A stretch of 64,000 nucleotides of DNA, from positions 125,240,001 through 125,304,000 of the forward strand of contig OX597818.1 in the NCBI GenBank assembly GCA_951406725.2. Direction: 5' to 3'. The position numbers were made by a program, and so were the translations under genes. The number at the start of each line of letters is the position of its first letter. The stretch's first letter is position 1. Positions 1-13,544 of this stretch are shown here, one piece after another. This DNA comes from Octopus vulgaris (taxonomy: Eukaryota). A model generated the notes under the pieces. It did not search any database. It saw nothing but the letters and a program-made list of their open reading frames with translations, and was not told the DNA's origin.

Positions 1-45
<45 letters not shown>

Positions 46-392
46 ACATACACACAACCAATTCATACACAAACATGCACATATATGTTTGTCCGTATAT
101 TTCTTTTTTTTTTTTCCTTTTCTTAGAAGAACTATTATTTGAATTTCGAGATAGGTTACCATATATCTCTCTACATACATTATCTACAACAGTGTAACAA
201 CAGCCTCCTCACCACTAAATAAACACGCGTGTCTGGATCAAAATAATCAATGTCGCCATTGATATTATTATCTGGCTGGAAAAACAGAGGATAAATACCT
301 ATTTTAACTGGGTTCGGAAACCATAAAAAAGGACTTTTTGGATACTCACGCAAACCACTAATGTTTCATATTTACAAACGCACACAGTCACC

Positions 393-456
<64 letters not shown>

Positions 457-503
457 CATACATACTACATACATACTACATACATACTTACATATATATA
501 TAT

Positions 504-556
<53 letters not shown>

Positions 557-597
557 TGCATACTTGGATTTGATGTCATGGACGGCATTTTCCGCTA

Positions 598-661
<64 letters not shown>

Positions 662-665
<4 letters not shown>

Positions 666-1052
666 TATATAAAATCCTTTCTGTCTGTCTGTCTGTGTGT
701 CTTGTAGGGTCTCGGGTATCCTCCATCCGATTGCGCTCAAATTTAATATGTAGATACCAACTGTATCAGGGCGTGTATAAGTCTTGTAAAAATTACAAAA
801 ATCGATTCCAGGTGAGAATGCGATCGATAAAGCCGTGGGAACGTGCATTTATACGCGCAAGTACATCAGCTTTTGCGATCGATACTACGCGTACGCGAGA
901 AAAATGCACGTGCAGTTTGCGCAAAAAAATCCGGCTGTTTTGAAATAATGCCACAAAATGGGACTGTTGGACAAGTTGTTTTGAAAATATTTGGTTTAAA
1001 TGTTTGACAACTCAGCACAATCCATTGGACGGGTTGGGGGCGTTTTGCTCGT
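662..1052 (+). mobile_element. Non-autonomous Helitron/DINE-like element
   Basis: 5' TATATAAAATCC followed by a (TGTC)n tract and ATCCGATTGCGCTCAAATTT. GC-rich 3' end finishing in CTCGT (a CTAGT variant). Flanked by (TA)n. Same overall layout as 24484-24878. Confidence 0.5.
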
Positions 1053-1764
1053 ATATATATATATATATATATACACATACACACACACATACACTTGCAT
1101 ACTTGGATGTGATGTCATGGACGGCATTTTCTGCTAATACTATGTATTTACGTATATGTATAAGTATGTATGAACGTGTGTATGTAAGTATACATATATG
1201 TATGCATGTAGATATGTACACACACGCACTCACGTGCGCGCACGCACGCACAGAGGCACATACACAGGGCACTTTATGTGTGAATCTCGAAGCGGGTAGC
1301 ATTAGTGTGTTGGCTCCAGGATCATGAGATCGTGCGTTCAATTCCTGGACTGGATAGCGGGTAGTTTCTTCATCGAGGAAGGCATTTCATTTGACGTTTC
1401 TCCAATCCACTTAGCGGAAATGGGTTTCAGTCTAATGCTGGTACAGGCCCTATCCCTGCAGCTGCCGCTACCTCAAAGGTAGATGACCAAAAAGGTGTCC
1501 GTTTCTCATGATCATATTGACACGTAATGCAATTAGCGAAATCATATTCACGTGGTAGTAATGACGCTGGATTTGTTGTATACGAAACGCCGGCGTGGTT
1601 GTGTGGTAAGAAGCTTGGTTCCCACCAACATGGTTCCGAGCTCAGTTTCAGTGTGTGGTACCTTGTGCTACTGTCTTCTGCTATACCCTCTGGCCAAACA
1701 AAGTCTTGTGATGAATGGCTTTAGTAGACCGAAACTAATATTATATATATATATATATATGTAA

Positions 1765-1990
1765 AAAAAATACAAACTGGGACAAGAACGCAAAACATTT
1801 AGAAGACGATACAAAAAACACGGACGGGACATACGAAGCCTTCGATCTTCAGTCAAGAACGGGATCATCCTCGCAATTTCGGCTGATTAATCTTGAGAGT
1901 GCTCCGATCTGGCCAGCCCCAAAGGAAAATCTAAGTCAAGCGCATTAGATTCCTTGGAAGAAAGCCTCGAATGTATACAAAACAAGGACG

Positions 1991-1992
<2 letters not shown>
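1765..1992 (-). mobile_element. Short unclassified repeat fragment inserted in (TA)n, possibly pLTR-derived
   Basis: Complex sequence bounded by (TA)n on both sides. Minus strand carries CTGAAGA followed by the self-complementary stretch CGAAG-G-CTTCG. Confidence 0.35.
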
Positions 1993-2034
<42 letters not shown>

Positions 2035-2042
2035 TCACACAC

Positions 2043-2252
2043 ATGAGGAGGTGTTGAAAATTTCCTGGCATTAAGGGTACCGTGAAAGGTCTGGCTGGAG
2101 GCCCAGCTTTCTGAGTTCTTTTATAGGGGCTTGGAAAAACTGAAAGACCGCTGCAATAAGTGTGTGAGATGGGAATATGGTGAATAAAATCATAATTAAT
2201 TGATATTCTTGTATTTTCTTTTACCCAAAGCCATGAAGGTTTCAACACCCCC
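2043..2252 (+). mobile_element. Mariner-derived MITE
   Basis: Imperfect TIRs GAGGAGGTGTTGAAAATTTCCTGGC and GCCATGAAGGTTTCAACACCCCC. Interior encodes GLEKLKDRCNKCV, like a mariner transposase C-terminus. Confidence 0.6.
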
Positions 2253-2343
2253 ACCCCCTCTTATACGTCTGTATGTATGTATGTATGTATGTATGTATGT
2301 ATGTATGTATGTATGTATGTATGTATGTATGTATGTATGTATG

Positions 2344-2432
<89 letters not shown>

Positions 2433-2447
2433 GTATATGAATTGTAG

Positions 2448-2678
2448 GGCGGCGAGCTGGCAGAATTGTTAGCACGTCGGGTGAAATGCTTACCGGTACT
2501 TCGTTTGCCACTACGTTCTGAGTTCAAATTCCGCCGAGGTCGACTTAGCCTTTCATCCTTTCGGGGTCGATTAAATAAGGAGCAGTTACGCACTGGAGTC
2601 GATGTAATCGACTTAATCCCTTTGTCTGTCCTTGTTTGTCCCCTCTATGTTTAGCCCCCTGTGGGCAATAAAGAAATA
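2448..2678 (+). mobile_element. tRNA-derived SINE family A, full length
   Basis: Head GGCGGCGAGCTGGCAGAA, B-box GAGTTCAAATTCC, central GGTCGAC..GCCTTTCATCCTTTCGGGGTCGAT (resembles the MetaSINE domain, from recall), tail AATAAAGAAATA. More than ten copies in the window. Confidence 0.85.
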
Positions 2679-2719
2679 CACATATAAATATATATATATA
2701 TATATACACATGGAGTCGA

Positions 2720-2767
<48 letters not shown>

Positions 2768-3130
2768 TTTCACTCGGCTCCATGTAACTTGATCTCCGGA
2801 TGCCTGAACGACCTAGGTACGTTCTACAAGACTACGAAATCTTAAGCTACACAGAACCGAATCAAACTGTTGTTAAATACACATCCACACGCATACCCTC
2901 CACCCCCACACATCCAAGCACATATATATGTGTATTATGCGTATGTATCTCGTACATATGTAAAAATATCTACAAGTTTTTTTACATTTTTCAACTAATG
3001 GTAACATGTAAACCCCATGCATTCGTCTATCCATAATTCAATACACACATGCATGCACGCATACACACACACACACACACATACATACATACATACATAC
3101 ATACATACATACATACATACATACATACAC

Positions 3131-3165
<35 letters not shown>

Positions 3166-3594
3166 TACATACATACATACATACATACATACATACATAC
3201 ATACATACACACATACATACACACACACACATACATACATACATGTCTGGGTGTGTATTTGTGTTTATTTTTAAAAGAAAAAGCAGACAAAAAGCAATGT
3301 ATATGAAAAATGGCTTATTTTTATCCCCTCTCATATATTCGTAACTTCTGCACGTTTCCACTGTTCTGGAAATGTAAACACGAAAGTTCACATAGTTAAA
3401 TATTTATAAAACTGTACGTACGAAACTGAAGCGGAAGTAAAGCGATATATATTAAAACATTTTTTTCTCGTTTCAATTAACAGAATGCTTTGAACTGACA
3501 ATCTTTGTCGTCATATAGTTATGTCAACAAATTAATATACAGGGTAGGCCAAAAGTCACGCACCAAGATTAATCCTCACTTAAATGCATATTTC

Positions 3595-3638
<44 letters not shown>

Positions 3639-3651
3639 TAACAACAATAAC

Positions 3652-3710
<59 letters not shown>

Positions 3711-3784
3711 CAATAACAATAACAATAATAATAATAATAATAAATAACAACAATAACAATAACAATAACAATAACAACAATAAC

Positions 3785-3819
<35 letters not shown>

Positions 3820-3829
3820 TAACAATAAC

Positions 3830-3887
<58 letters not shown>
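3595..3887. repeat. (AAT/AAC)n microsatellite
   Basis: Directly visible; a second tract lies at 4103-4235. Confidence 0.95.
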
Positions 3888-4101
3888 GTCCTTTTTACTA
3901 TATGTACAAGGATTGAAATTCGGTGTGGGGGAGGGACAGTCGATTACATCGACCCCAGTATTCAACTGGTACTCATTTTATCGATCTCTGGAAAGAATGA
4001 AAGGCAAAGTTGACCTCGGCGGAATTTGAACTCAGGACGTAAAGACAGCCGAAATGCCGCTAAGCATTCCGCCTGGCTAACGATTTTACCAGCTCGCCGC
4101 C
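3888..4101 (-). mobile_element. SINE family A copy
   Basis: Reverse complement of the family A head, B-box and core. Confidence 0.75.
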
Positions 4102-4103
4102 AA

Positions 4104-4231
<128 letters not shown>

Positions 4232-4237
4232 TAATAT

Positions 4238-4787
4238 ACCCTGGTGCAGTACAAGGCAGTGACTTCCAAGGCTTTTTGATCTTAAATGATTGGAAGTGTT
4301 ATCATGTACATCGTTTTGGCTTGGTATAAAAGATGGGCTACAGCAAATATTCTGCTCAATACCACAGACTTGCTTGTCAGCTGATTGACCTCAACCAGTT
4401 GAGCATGTCCCTTAGTGGCTGACGATATGTGCATCTCTGATCACGAGAAGAAGTAGTGAGGGAGCATCATAGCCATGTGTTGAGAGGAATTCTTTGCTGC
4501 TTGAATTCACCTCTGGAAACATGGGTGGTTTTTTTCATCATCCTTAAACAACTCGTATTCAAAGGCCTTTTGAACGGGATAGGCAACTCAGCCTGAACAT
4601 TTTTTTAATAGGACCCCACCTGCAAGATTATGCGCTGTTTATCTTGATATCAGATCACCATGCAGCGTACATATGGTTGTGATGCATTTGCCTGGTGTAC
4701 ACTTATCAGACGGGTAGTCACAATGAGTATATCGGGCTTCGTATATTTGTAACCCAGTCCCAGATGGTATGCGCTGCTCTCTCACTC
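4238..4787. mobile_element. Unclassified complex sequence inserted in (AAT)n, probably a retroelement remnant
   Basis: About 550 bp of non-coding sequence bounded by AAT repeats on both sides; classification is inference. Confidence 0.3.
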
Positions 4788-4804
4788 AATAATAATAACA
4801 ATAA

Positions 4805-5193
4805 TCTTTTCTACTCTAGGCACAAGGCCCGAAATTTTGGCTAGTCGATTAGATCGACTCCAGTACGCAACTGGTACTCAATTTATCGACCCTGGAAGGA
4901 TGAAAGGCAAACTCAACCTCGGCGGAATATGAACTCAGAACGTAGCGGTAGACGAAATACCTATTTCTTTATTACCCACAAGGGGCTAAACACAGAAGGG
5001 GCAAACAAGGACAGACAAACAGATTAAGTCGATTATATCGACCCCAGTGTTTTACTGGTACTTATTTAATCGACCCCGAAAGGATGAAAGGCAATGTCGA
5101 CCTCGGCGGAATTTGAACTCAGAACGTAGCGGCAGATGAAATACTGCTAAGCATTTCACCCGGCGTGCTAACGTGTCTGCCAGCTCGCCGCCT
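4805..5193 (-). mobile_element. SINE family A, dimeric copy
   Basis: Full head at ~5193, plus a second head-less unit joined at GAAATACC|TATTTC (4961/4962). Confidence 0.8.
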
Positions 5194-5597
5194 TAATAAC
5201 GTAGTATATATAAAATGTGAAATGTTTTGATGCGTGACTTTTGACTCACACTGCATTTTATAAACTTACATAAGTTCAGATATATTTGAGTAATATTGAC
5301 CTGTCCCATACATTGTAGGGAATGAGACGCCCAATTTCGATTTTATGAAAGTTCTGATTTTCCCACATTTCTCACCTGCATTATGATATATTTTTGTTAC
5401 TTTTTATTTTTCTCCTGCAAAGAGTAAGGAAATGACTTTAAAAAAATCCGCTTTGCTTAATTACCCCATTCGGGGAAATCGTCTGTTTTAAAATTCAGTT
5501 TTCTTGAAAAGAAAAACATGGATCCCTGTGAAGAAATAATATAAAAATAGATGGGACAAACACAACACACAGGGAAAGAAAAGAGGGTTTAATTGAT

Positions 5598-5650
<53 letters not shown>

Positions 5651-5705
5651 AAGAGAGAGAAAGAGAGAGAGGGATAGATAGATAGATAGGTAGATAGACA
5701 GATAG

Positions 5706-5770
<65 letters not shown>

Positions 5771-6219
5771 CTTTGTTTATGCGTGTTTATGAGAAATGAT
5801 TGTGCCAAGTGTCTGCTTTTGTAAGAACACTACTGTTATAGCCATGATAATAACGGACTACGTCAGAGAAAAAGATTTGGTGTCGTCTGCTTCGAATAAA
5901 GTCACTGATACAGATGGAGAAATCATCATCACTACTAACAACAATAATGACGACTTTCTACTATTGGCATAAGGTGACCTGAAAGTTTGATGGAGGCGGC
6001 TAGACGATTACATCGACCCCAGTGCTCAACTAGTAATTAATTGTTCTATCAACCCCGAAATGTAAAATCAGCCTTGGTAGAATTTGAACTGAGAACGCAA
6101 GAAATACCAAGAAGCGTTTTGACGGACTTGCTAACGATTCTGCCAGCTCGCGGCCTTAACAACTCTTAATGTTAGCAATGGCAATGACTAGATCAGAAAG
6201 AAATCTTCACTTGCTTCTC

Positions 6220-6577
6220 TGAGGATGGGCTGAAAAGTTCGACTATGAAGGAGTGATGGCAGACCTGTGAAATCTTGCATGCATTAATTTCAACACTTCT
6301 TATTAATAACTGCGTTGTTTTTTTTTCAGGTAAACTGACCTGTTCAAAGAAGACTTCAAAAGTAATTAGTAGCAACTTCTCTTGAAACAGGGTAAAATTT
6401 GGCATCGTGGTGTTAACAAGTACCTGCAGAAAAAGGCTTAAATCTCCAAGGCCATTCATGGTGACATGGTTGCTACATAAGGGGATGACGCTTTAGTTTT
6501 ATCAACAGTACAAAAGTGGGCATCTGAATTTAGCAGAGGAAGGGAGAGTCTTGAAGATGATTTTGAAGGACATCCCG
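6220..6577 (+). pseudogene. Mariner 5' fragment (TIR plus degenerate HTH region)
   Basis: TIR-like GAGGATGGGCTGAAAAGTTC. Frame-broken KYLQKK..IHGDMVAT*GDDALVLSTVQKWASEFSRGRESLEDD, typical of a mariner N-terminus. Confidence 0.7.
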
Positions 6578-7370
6578 TTCGAACTAGGTCACAAGAAAGC
6601 CTTATCTGTATACCTGCATAACTCGACTGCCATAGTGTCGGACGCTTCGGTTATAGAAGCAGTAGACATCATAGTGAAAGAAAATCAGAAAAGTAGAGGT
6701 GCACACATCAACCAGGACAAAACGGTGGGCTTGGAATTCGGCATTTGACGGTTTCAGTTCATGTCAGCTATTAGCAAACTCTGTCTCGGGACTGAAGGCT
6801 CTGTTAAGGTGCTCGGAGTTTGTAGGGACCGGACTTTCTGATGGATAAGGACTGGGAAAAGGTCGGGAGCAGGGTGGCCAATCTCACTCCGAAATTGATA
6901 GAGAAGTTGTCCTTGAGAGGTTGAGCAGAAGTGGTTAACACCTACATTGTTTCAGTTACGTATTACAGCCTAGCAGACGTACATCTGAAGCACATACCTT
7001 TGCGTTTCTTAAGCGTGAGATACATTCCATGTTGGTCCCGTTGGGTTCGTCAATGATAACGTGCAGGCTCACTTCAGAAATATCTGGGCCAATACAACGG
7101 TAACATAGACAACAAAGACGAAGGTGTATGGATGCCCTTCATGGGACACGTTTATCCGCTGCTTGTGTCCGTAACTGTCCTGCAATCAACAAGCTTAGAT
7201 ATGAGGTTGGGCGTTTGTTGTCAAGACACTTACAGCACTCTACCAGCTCAATACCATCGACGGTAAAATAAATCTCGCCTTGGACGATGTGCGACTTTAG
7301 CTTGGGAACGGTTTTGGATGTCAGCGAGAACAATCTAAGCAGTCTCTCCCGGAAAAACTCAAGTCTGAAA
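6578..7370 (+). pseudogene. Highly degenerate Tx1/L1-like LINE ORF2 remnant
   Basis: LSVYLHNSTAIVSD..GAHINQDKTVGLEFG resembles the YADD..GAKINxxKSVGL region of L1/Tx1 RT; many stops. Confidence 0.45.
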
Positions 7371-7602
7371 CTATGTAAAAAAATTTTAAAGTAATTGGTA
7401 GGGCAGTAATACTGGACGCAAGTTTTTCCAGGAGAGACTGTTTAGATTGTTCTCGCTAACATCTCAAACCGTCCTCAAGCTAAAGTCGCACATCGTCGAC
7501 TGTGAGAGTTATTTTACCATCAATGGTGTTGAACTGGTAGGTTGCTGTAAGTCTCCTGACAACATTCTAGGCGTCAAACGCCCAACCTCATATCTAAGCT
7601 TG
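7190..7602. repeat. Diverged inverted duplication (arms ~7190-7369 and ~7421-7602)
   Basis: AAGCTTAGATATGAGGTTGGGCGTTTG versus CAAACGCCCAACCTCATATCTAAGCTT. The mirror ORFs 7139-7333(-) and 7447-7713(+) are homologous. Confidence 0.85.
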
Positions 7603-7981
7603 ACTCTTCAAGACAAACTCTACAGGCACAGAAGCGTTCATAAGAGAACCTGTCCAAGTTGCACGCAACATTACGAAACCATCCTGCACGCCATAGGCCC
7701 TTGTGGTCAATAAGTGCGGATTGGAAGGATTATTGAAGCGTCGAACAAAATGACGCGTGGGATTTCTTCAAGCACTTTACGTTCTGAGTTCAAATTTCGC
7801 TGAGGTCAAATTATCCTTTTCTTTCCCCGCCATCAATAAAGCAGAAATACCAGTTAAATACCGAGGCCGATATAATTGACTCTTTTTCCCTTCTCAAATA
7901 TCAGGATTTGTGCTTTTACTATTGATTGCTGTTGATATTGTTGTTGTCATTGTTACTGTTATTGTAGTTGTTATTGTTCTT

Positions 7982-7982
7982 A

Positions 7983-8037
<55 letters not shown>

Positions 8038-8361
8038 TTACTACTACTACTACTACTTCTTTTTGTTAAAAGCGTGTCGTCATCGTCGTCATCATCATAA
8101 TCGTCGTCGTCCTCCTTCTCCCCTCCCCTCCTCCTCCTCTTCCACCTCCTCCTCATCTTCCACCTCCTTCTCCTCCTCCTCCTCCTCCTCCTCCTCCTCC
8201 TCCTCCTCCTCCTCCTCCTCCTCCTCCTCCTCCTCTTCCCCTTCCTCCTCCTCCTCCTCCTCCTCCTCCTCCTCTTCCTCCTCCTCCTCCTCCTCCTCCT
8301 CCTCCTCCTCCTCCTCCTCCTCCTCCTCCTCCTCCTCCTCCTCCTCCTCCTCCTCCTCCTC
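7982..8361. repeat. (ACT)n and (TCC)n microsatellites
   Basis: Directly visible. Confidence 0.95.
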
Positions 8362-9200
8362 ATTATCACCATAAATAAATATTGTTATTATAATTACTTG
8401 TAATGTTATGACGGCGTGCCGGCAGAATCGCTAGCGCGTCGGACGAAGTGTTTAGCGACATTTCTTTCGGCCTTAACTTCTGAACTGAAAATCTGCCGAG
8501 TTCAACTTAGCCTTTCATCTTTTCGGAGTTGATAAAATAAGTACCAGTTGAGTAACTGGAACCGACGTAATCAACTAGTACACTCACGACAGATATCAGG
8601 CCTTGTGCCTATAGTAGGAAAAAAAAAAAAGAAAAACAAAATTATTACTTGTAATGTCCTTCTTATCGGATACTCCTCTGGCAGATATTTATTCATTTAT
8701 ATATTTATTTTATATTTAAAGCTGAAAGAAGGTCAAATGTCTGTCTAGAGAAACAAACGTATTACTTAGACAAGTAGAAGTGTCAATAGAAAAATAGAGT
8801 AATTATGAGATGAATAACAACCCCCACGACAAAAAAGAATTATAAGAACGGTAATGTCGAAGTTTACCAAAATACAACTATTTTAGGGTTGGTTGGTTAG
8901 TGTACTGGGGTGGTGAGGGGAGAAGGATTACGGCTAATGTCATGTCTTGTTGGAATTAGATGTAAGGTACTGAGAATTTATGCAAGCTGTTGCTGCTGCT
9001 GTTGTTATTGTTTGGCCCTGTGATAGTCCTGATCATGTATACCTATGACAGAAATGTTCTACCCCATAGCTCTCCCTCTCTGTCTCTCTCTTTCTCTCTC
9101 TCTCTCTATATATATATATACATATGTATACCTTTATATATACATATATGTGTGTGTGTATATATATATATGTATATATATATATATGTGTATATATTTA

Positions 9201-9231
<31 letters not shown>

Positions 9232-9467
9232 TTATATATATATATGTAAGCATAATTAAATCTCAGAATGAGATTGAAACAGTAATCGCTCGATAATGTA
9301 AAGTATAGAAGCCATCTTATCATGGCTAACCACATTGGGGAGGGGGTTGTTACTGTATCTTTATAGCCCCAAGAGATCTTCGTCTCTAGCTGGCTCTAAA
9401 CACAATATCTGTGTCTTTGGAGTATTTGCAAAGGGAGGCCATCCCTTCCTCGCAAGCCTGAGTGATA

Positions 9468-9510
9468 CGCTCGCACTAGTTTCGGGATGTTTGTCCCTCG
9501 TCAACGGGCG
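9468..9510 (-). ncRNA. Inverted copy of the 9575 hammerhead motif, cleavage triplet mutated to GUG
   Basis: Minus strand reads CGCCCG TTGACGA GGGA CAAACA TCCC GAAA CTAG TG CGAGCG. Confidence 0.55.
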
Positions 9511-9574
9511 GCAACCACCAGGTAGCGATCTATTTGCAAAGGAGCCTTCACTTTCATCGCTACCTGGTGGTTGC

Positions 9575-9617
9575 CGCCCGTTGACGAGGGACAAACATCC
9601 CGAAACTAGTTCGAGCG
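9575..9617 (+). ncRNA. Minimal type-I hammerhead ribozyme motif (C3U variant)
   Basis: CGCCCG TTGACGA GGGA-caaaca-TCCC GAAA CTAG TT CGAGCG. Stem I has 5 of 6 pairs, stem II is perfect, stem III is palindromic. Confidence 0.7.
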
Positions 9618-9799
9618 TATCACTCAGGCTTGCGAGGAAGGGATGGCCTCCCTTTGCAAATACTCCAAAGTCACAGATATTGTGTTTAGTGCCAGCTAGA
9701 GACGAAGATCTCTTGGGGCTATAAAGATACAGTAACAACCCCCTCCCCAATGTGGTTAGCCATGATAAGATGGATTCTATACTTTACAATATATATATG

Positions 9800-10115
9800 T
9801 CTTTTACTGTTAATATTTTGTGCTGTCGTTACTGTCCTGTTTTTGTTACCATTTTTACCCCTCCGCAAAAAAGTCTCAAATTTTATTTAATTTGCTTTTT
9901 GCGGGAAGGAGTGTTTCAGATGAAGTCGCGTCTCGCCTTCACCTTCGGAACGCGGAGTAGATGAAACCATGGCGACTGAAGAAGGGGAATTTTTCTTGTG
10001 TTATTTGTCCTGTAGTCTATTTTTTCGTTGTTTAAGAAAAATGTCCATTTTCTTGGTTTCGTGTTTATGTTTTCGTTTCTCATTGTGTTCGACGTTTTTT
10101 TTGGTGTCCTGTACC
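9800..10115 (+). mobile_element. (TA)n-associated short repeat family H (pLTR-like); other copies at 18721-18889(+), 46815-46972(-), 51350-51588(+)
   Basis: Shared CTGANGA(A)GGGGA..T(T/C)CTT motif, T-rich body and (G)GTCCTGTAC end. Confidence 0.65.
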
Positions 10116-10235
10116 CATATATGCATGTATATATACATGTAGATGTAGGTACGTACATATATGTATGTATATATATGCATATATTTTATTTATTAATTTG
10201 TTATTACACGACAGAACGCACGCATTTATACATTT

Positions 10236-10357
<122 letters not shown>

Positions 10358-10425
10358 CTGTCTTCGTCTTTCAATTTATTTCCTCGTGTTTTTCTGTAAA
10401 TTTCAATATATATATATATTTATAA

Positions 10426-10545
<120 letters not shown>

Positions 10546-11614
10546 CACGCACACACACACATACACACACACACACTTCCAGTATAGTCAACTGAGGCAG
10601 TATTTAATTAAAATAGCCCTGAATGTATCATACTTGATGCACACGTTCTGAGATATCAGTAAGAAAGAAAGAGAGAGGGTGAAGGAGAGGGCAGAAAATC
10701 CCTCCCAGCAGCGGCCAGCGGGAGCACCAGGTGCCTTTTTGGACCTTTTCATTGTCATGTACGAATTTCCGTCTTATTCTGATATTGTGTTTTTAACACA
10801 GGAAGTCCATAAAAAATGTTATCTCGGGACAAATTCTGCAGTAACTTGGCCTATCAACAGTGTATATGCACTAACTATGAGATATTGATGGCTATTGTTT
10901 TTTTTTGCCATTTTTTCTCGTTTCAAGTGGACAGTTGATGGAATTCCATGTGACGGCAGGATATTCGGATATCTGAAACGCTTTTCTGAAACGCAGCGTA
11001 TATTTGTATTATACTCTATGTTACTGAGCATTTTTCTCTTTCCAGTTCGTTTTAAAACGGGCGTATTCTACGCACGTAAATACACAGTTATGTAGAAGCA
11101 ATTATGCAGATAAACAAATTAGACATATTAAATATAATATAATAGTTTGGGTATGAGATACAATATAAATATACATACATACACACTCACATATATATAC
11201 ATATATATATATATATCTGTGTGTGTGTGTGTGTACAGGAAAAACGAGAGAACGCAAAAGATGGAGACTTTCAGACGATGAATATCTAAGTACAAGTTTA
11301 TAGATATTTATATTAATAGGCCCAACTTTCACAGAGTACAAATTAAAGGTGTGGAAGAAAGGTGTTATAATCTCTGGATTTCATCTGTGAACTATATACA
11401 AACAAACGTACATACACACATGTATGCAAACATTCATACATACATACATACATACACACATACATACATACGCACGAGCGCATGTGCACGTAGACACACA
11501 CACACACACACATCAACACATTTACTAATATGTAACCAGTGGAGGCTGAGTCTGAAAACACGTACCATGTGGTTGCGAAATGAAGTTCTTTTCCACACAG
11601 ACATACCTTCATCA

Positions 11615-11682
<68 letters not shown>

Positions 11683-11736
11683 AGCGTGTATGTGAGTGCG
11701 TATGTGTGTGAGTGTGTAACTTGGATGCATATCATT

Positions 11737-11835
11737 ATTCAGTCATATTTCAAGATTTTTGACCAATAGAGAAAGAGCCGGTTTCTAACGTAGGTCCAAG
11801 ACTCCTTCATTAGAATTACAACATCAACTGGGTTT
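11737..11835 (-). mobile_element. 3' end of an RLE-type LINE in (TACA)n; second copy at 12103-12245
   Basis: CCAATAGAGAAAGAGCCGGTTTCTAAC motif shared with 12129 and 21175, where it follows an RLE-like ORF remnant. Confidence 0.65.
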
Positions 11836-12302
11836 GTATGTATGTATGTATGTATGTATGTATGTATGTATGTATGTATGTATGTATGTATGTATGTATG
11901 TATGCATGCATGTATGTATGTATGTATGTATGTATGTATGTATGTATGTATGTATGTATGTATGTGTGTGTATGTATGTATGCATGTGTGTATGTATGTA
12001 TGGGTGTGCGTGGGTGTCTGTGTGTGTTTGATGTTATAAAAGAAAATGGACATTTGATCACCAGATACATCATACATAAATGTATGTATGCATGTATGTT
12101 ACAATTCAGTTTATTTCAAGATCTCTTGCCAATAGAGAAGGAGCCGGTTTCTAACCTAGATCCAGGAGTCCTTCATTGGAATTTCAACAACATAAACGGG
12201 GTATTTTTGAATGTATGTATCATATATGTGCAGATTTGAATGTTTTGCTTTATATATGTATGTGTGAGTGTATGTATGTGCATGTGTGTGTGTGCATGTG
12301 TG

Positions 12303-12342
<40 letters not shown>

Positions 12343-12650
12343 AAATCTGTCTTTATCAGTATTCATATCTCCCAGCTTTCGTATCTATCCGTCCGCCATA
12401 CACTGTTTTAACCTCCTCTTTAAAATGGTTTACTGTCCCCATTCGGTTAGGATCTATCACGTCTAAGGTTTGTTTATAAACACATGTAAAGAGGTTCGTT
12501 CCATCAACCGTCCATTCCAATTACTAAAACATAGCTTTCATCACCTTTGCCATCTTTATTATCATCACAATCATCGTCGTTGTCATCATCATGATCGTCA
12601 GCATCATTATCATCACCCCACTACAATCATAATCAGCAATAGCAACATAC

Positions 12651-12651
<1 letters not shown>

Positions 12652-12683
<32 letters not shown>

Positions 12684-13144
12684 TGTATGTATGTATGTAT
12701 GTATGTATGTATGTATGTATGTACGTATGTATGTATATATGTATGTATTTATGTATGTATGTATGCATGTATGTAGGTGTATGTATGTGCGTATATGTAT
12801 GTATGTGTGTATATGTATGTATGCATGTATGTATGTGTGTGTATGTATCTGTGTATATGTATGTATATGTGTATATGTATGTATGTATGTATGTATGTGT
12901 GTGTATGTATGTATGTATGTATGTATGTATGTATGTATGTATGTATGTATGTATGTATGTATGTATGTATGTATGTATGTATGTATGTATGTATGTATGC
13001 ATGTATGTATGTGTGTATATAAATGTATGTATGTATGTATGTATGTATGTGTGTGTATGTATGTATGTATGCATGTATGCATATGCGTGTATGTATGTAT
13101 GTATGTATGTATGTATGTATGTATGTATGTATGTATGTATGTAT
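12652..13144. repeat. (TATG)n microsatellite
   Basis: Directly visible. Similar tracts at 2270, 3080, 11836, 15698, 21591 and 48268. Confidence 0.95.
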
Positions 13145-13544
13145 AAGTTTCCACGCAATTTTTGTTTATCAAATTCACTACATTGCAGTAGACCTGAACC
13201 CTTATAACCCTTATAACCACAATCTCTTCTGCTACCACCGCCACCATCACCTCTACGATACTGCCACCTCAACTACCTCTTAATTGGTACCAGAAGTCTA
13301 TGTCAATGCAATATTCTCTACAGGTCTACTTGACTGCTAGAAACATCAACTAAAATCTCTCTCAAATCATATCCTCCTCATCTTTTCGAAATAACGGAGG
13401 AACACATTGCATACGTAGTGTTAGATAGACAATGTCGGATGGTAATGACTTGAATGACTTTGATCATAGAATTAATCCGGTACAGCTGACCTGGGGCTAA
13501 ACAACACTTACTAACAGTAGCATAAACCTACAACCATCCTTGCT

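Larger units (their letters stand above)
9297..9788. mobile_element. Palindromic pLTR/retrozyme-like element (233-bp arms, 26-bp spacer)
   Basis: 9297-9529 is the reverse complement of 9556-9788 with about four mismatches; each arm carries an HHR motif. Confidence 0.8.

Noticed and set aside
9335-9750. Two near-identical 129-aa ORFs on opposite strands
   Set aside because: They are a by-product of the palindrome, start at TTG and show no recognisable domain.
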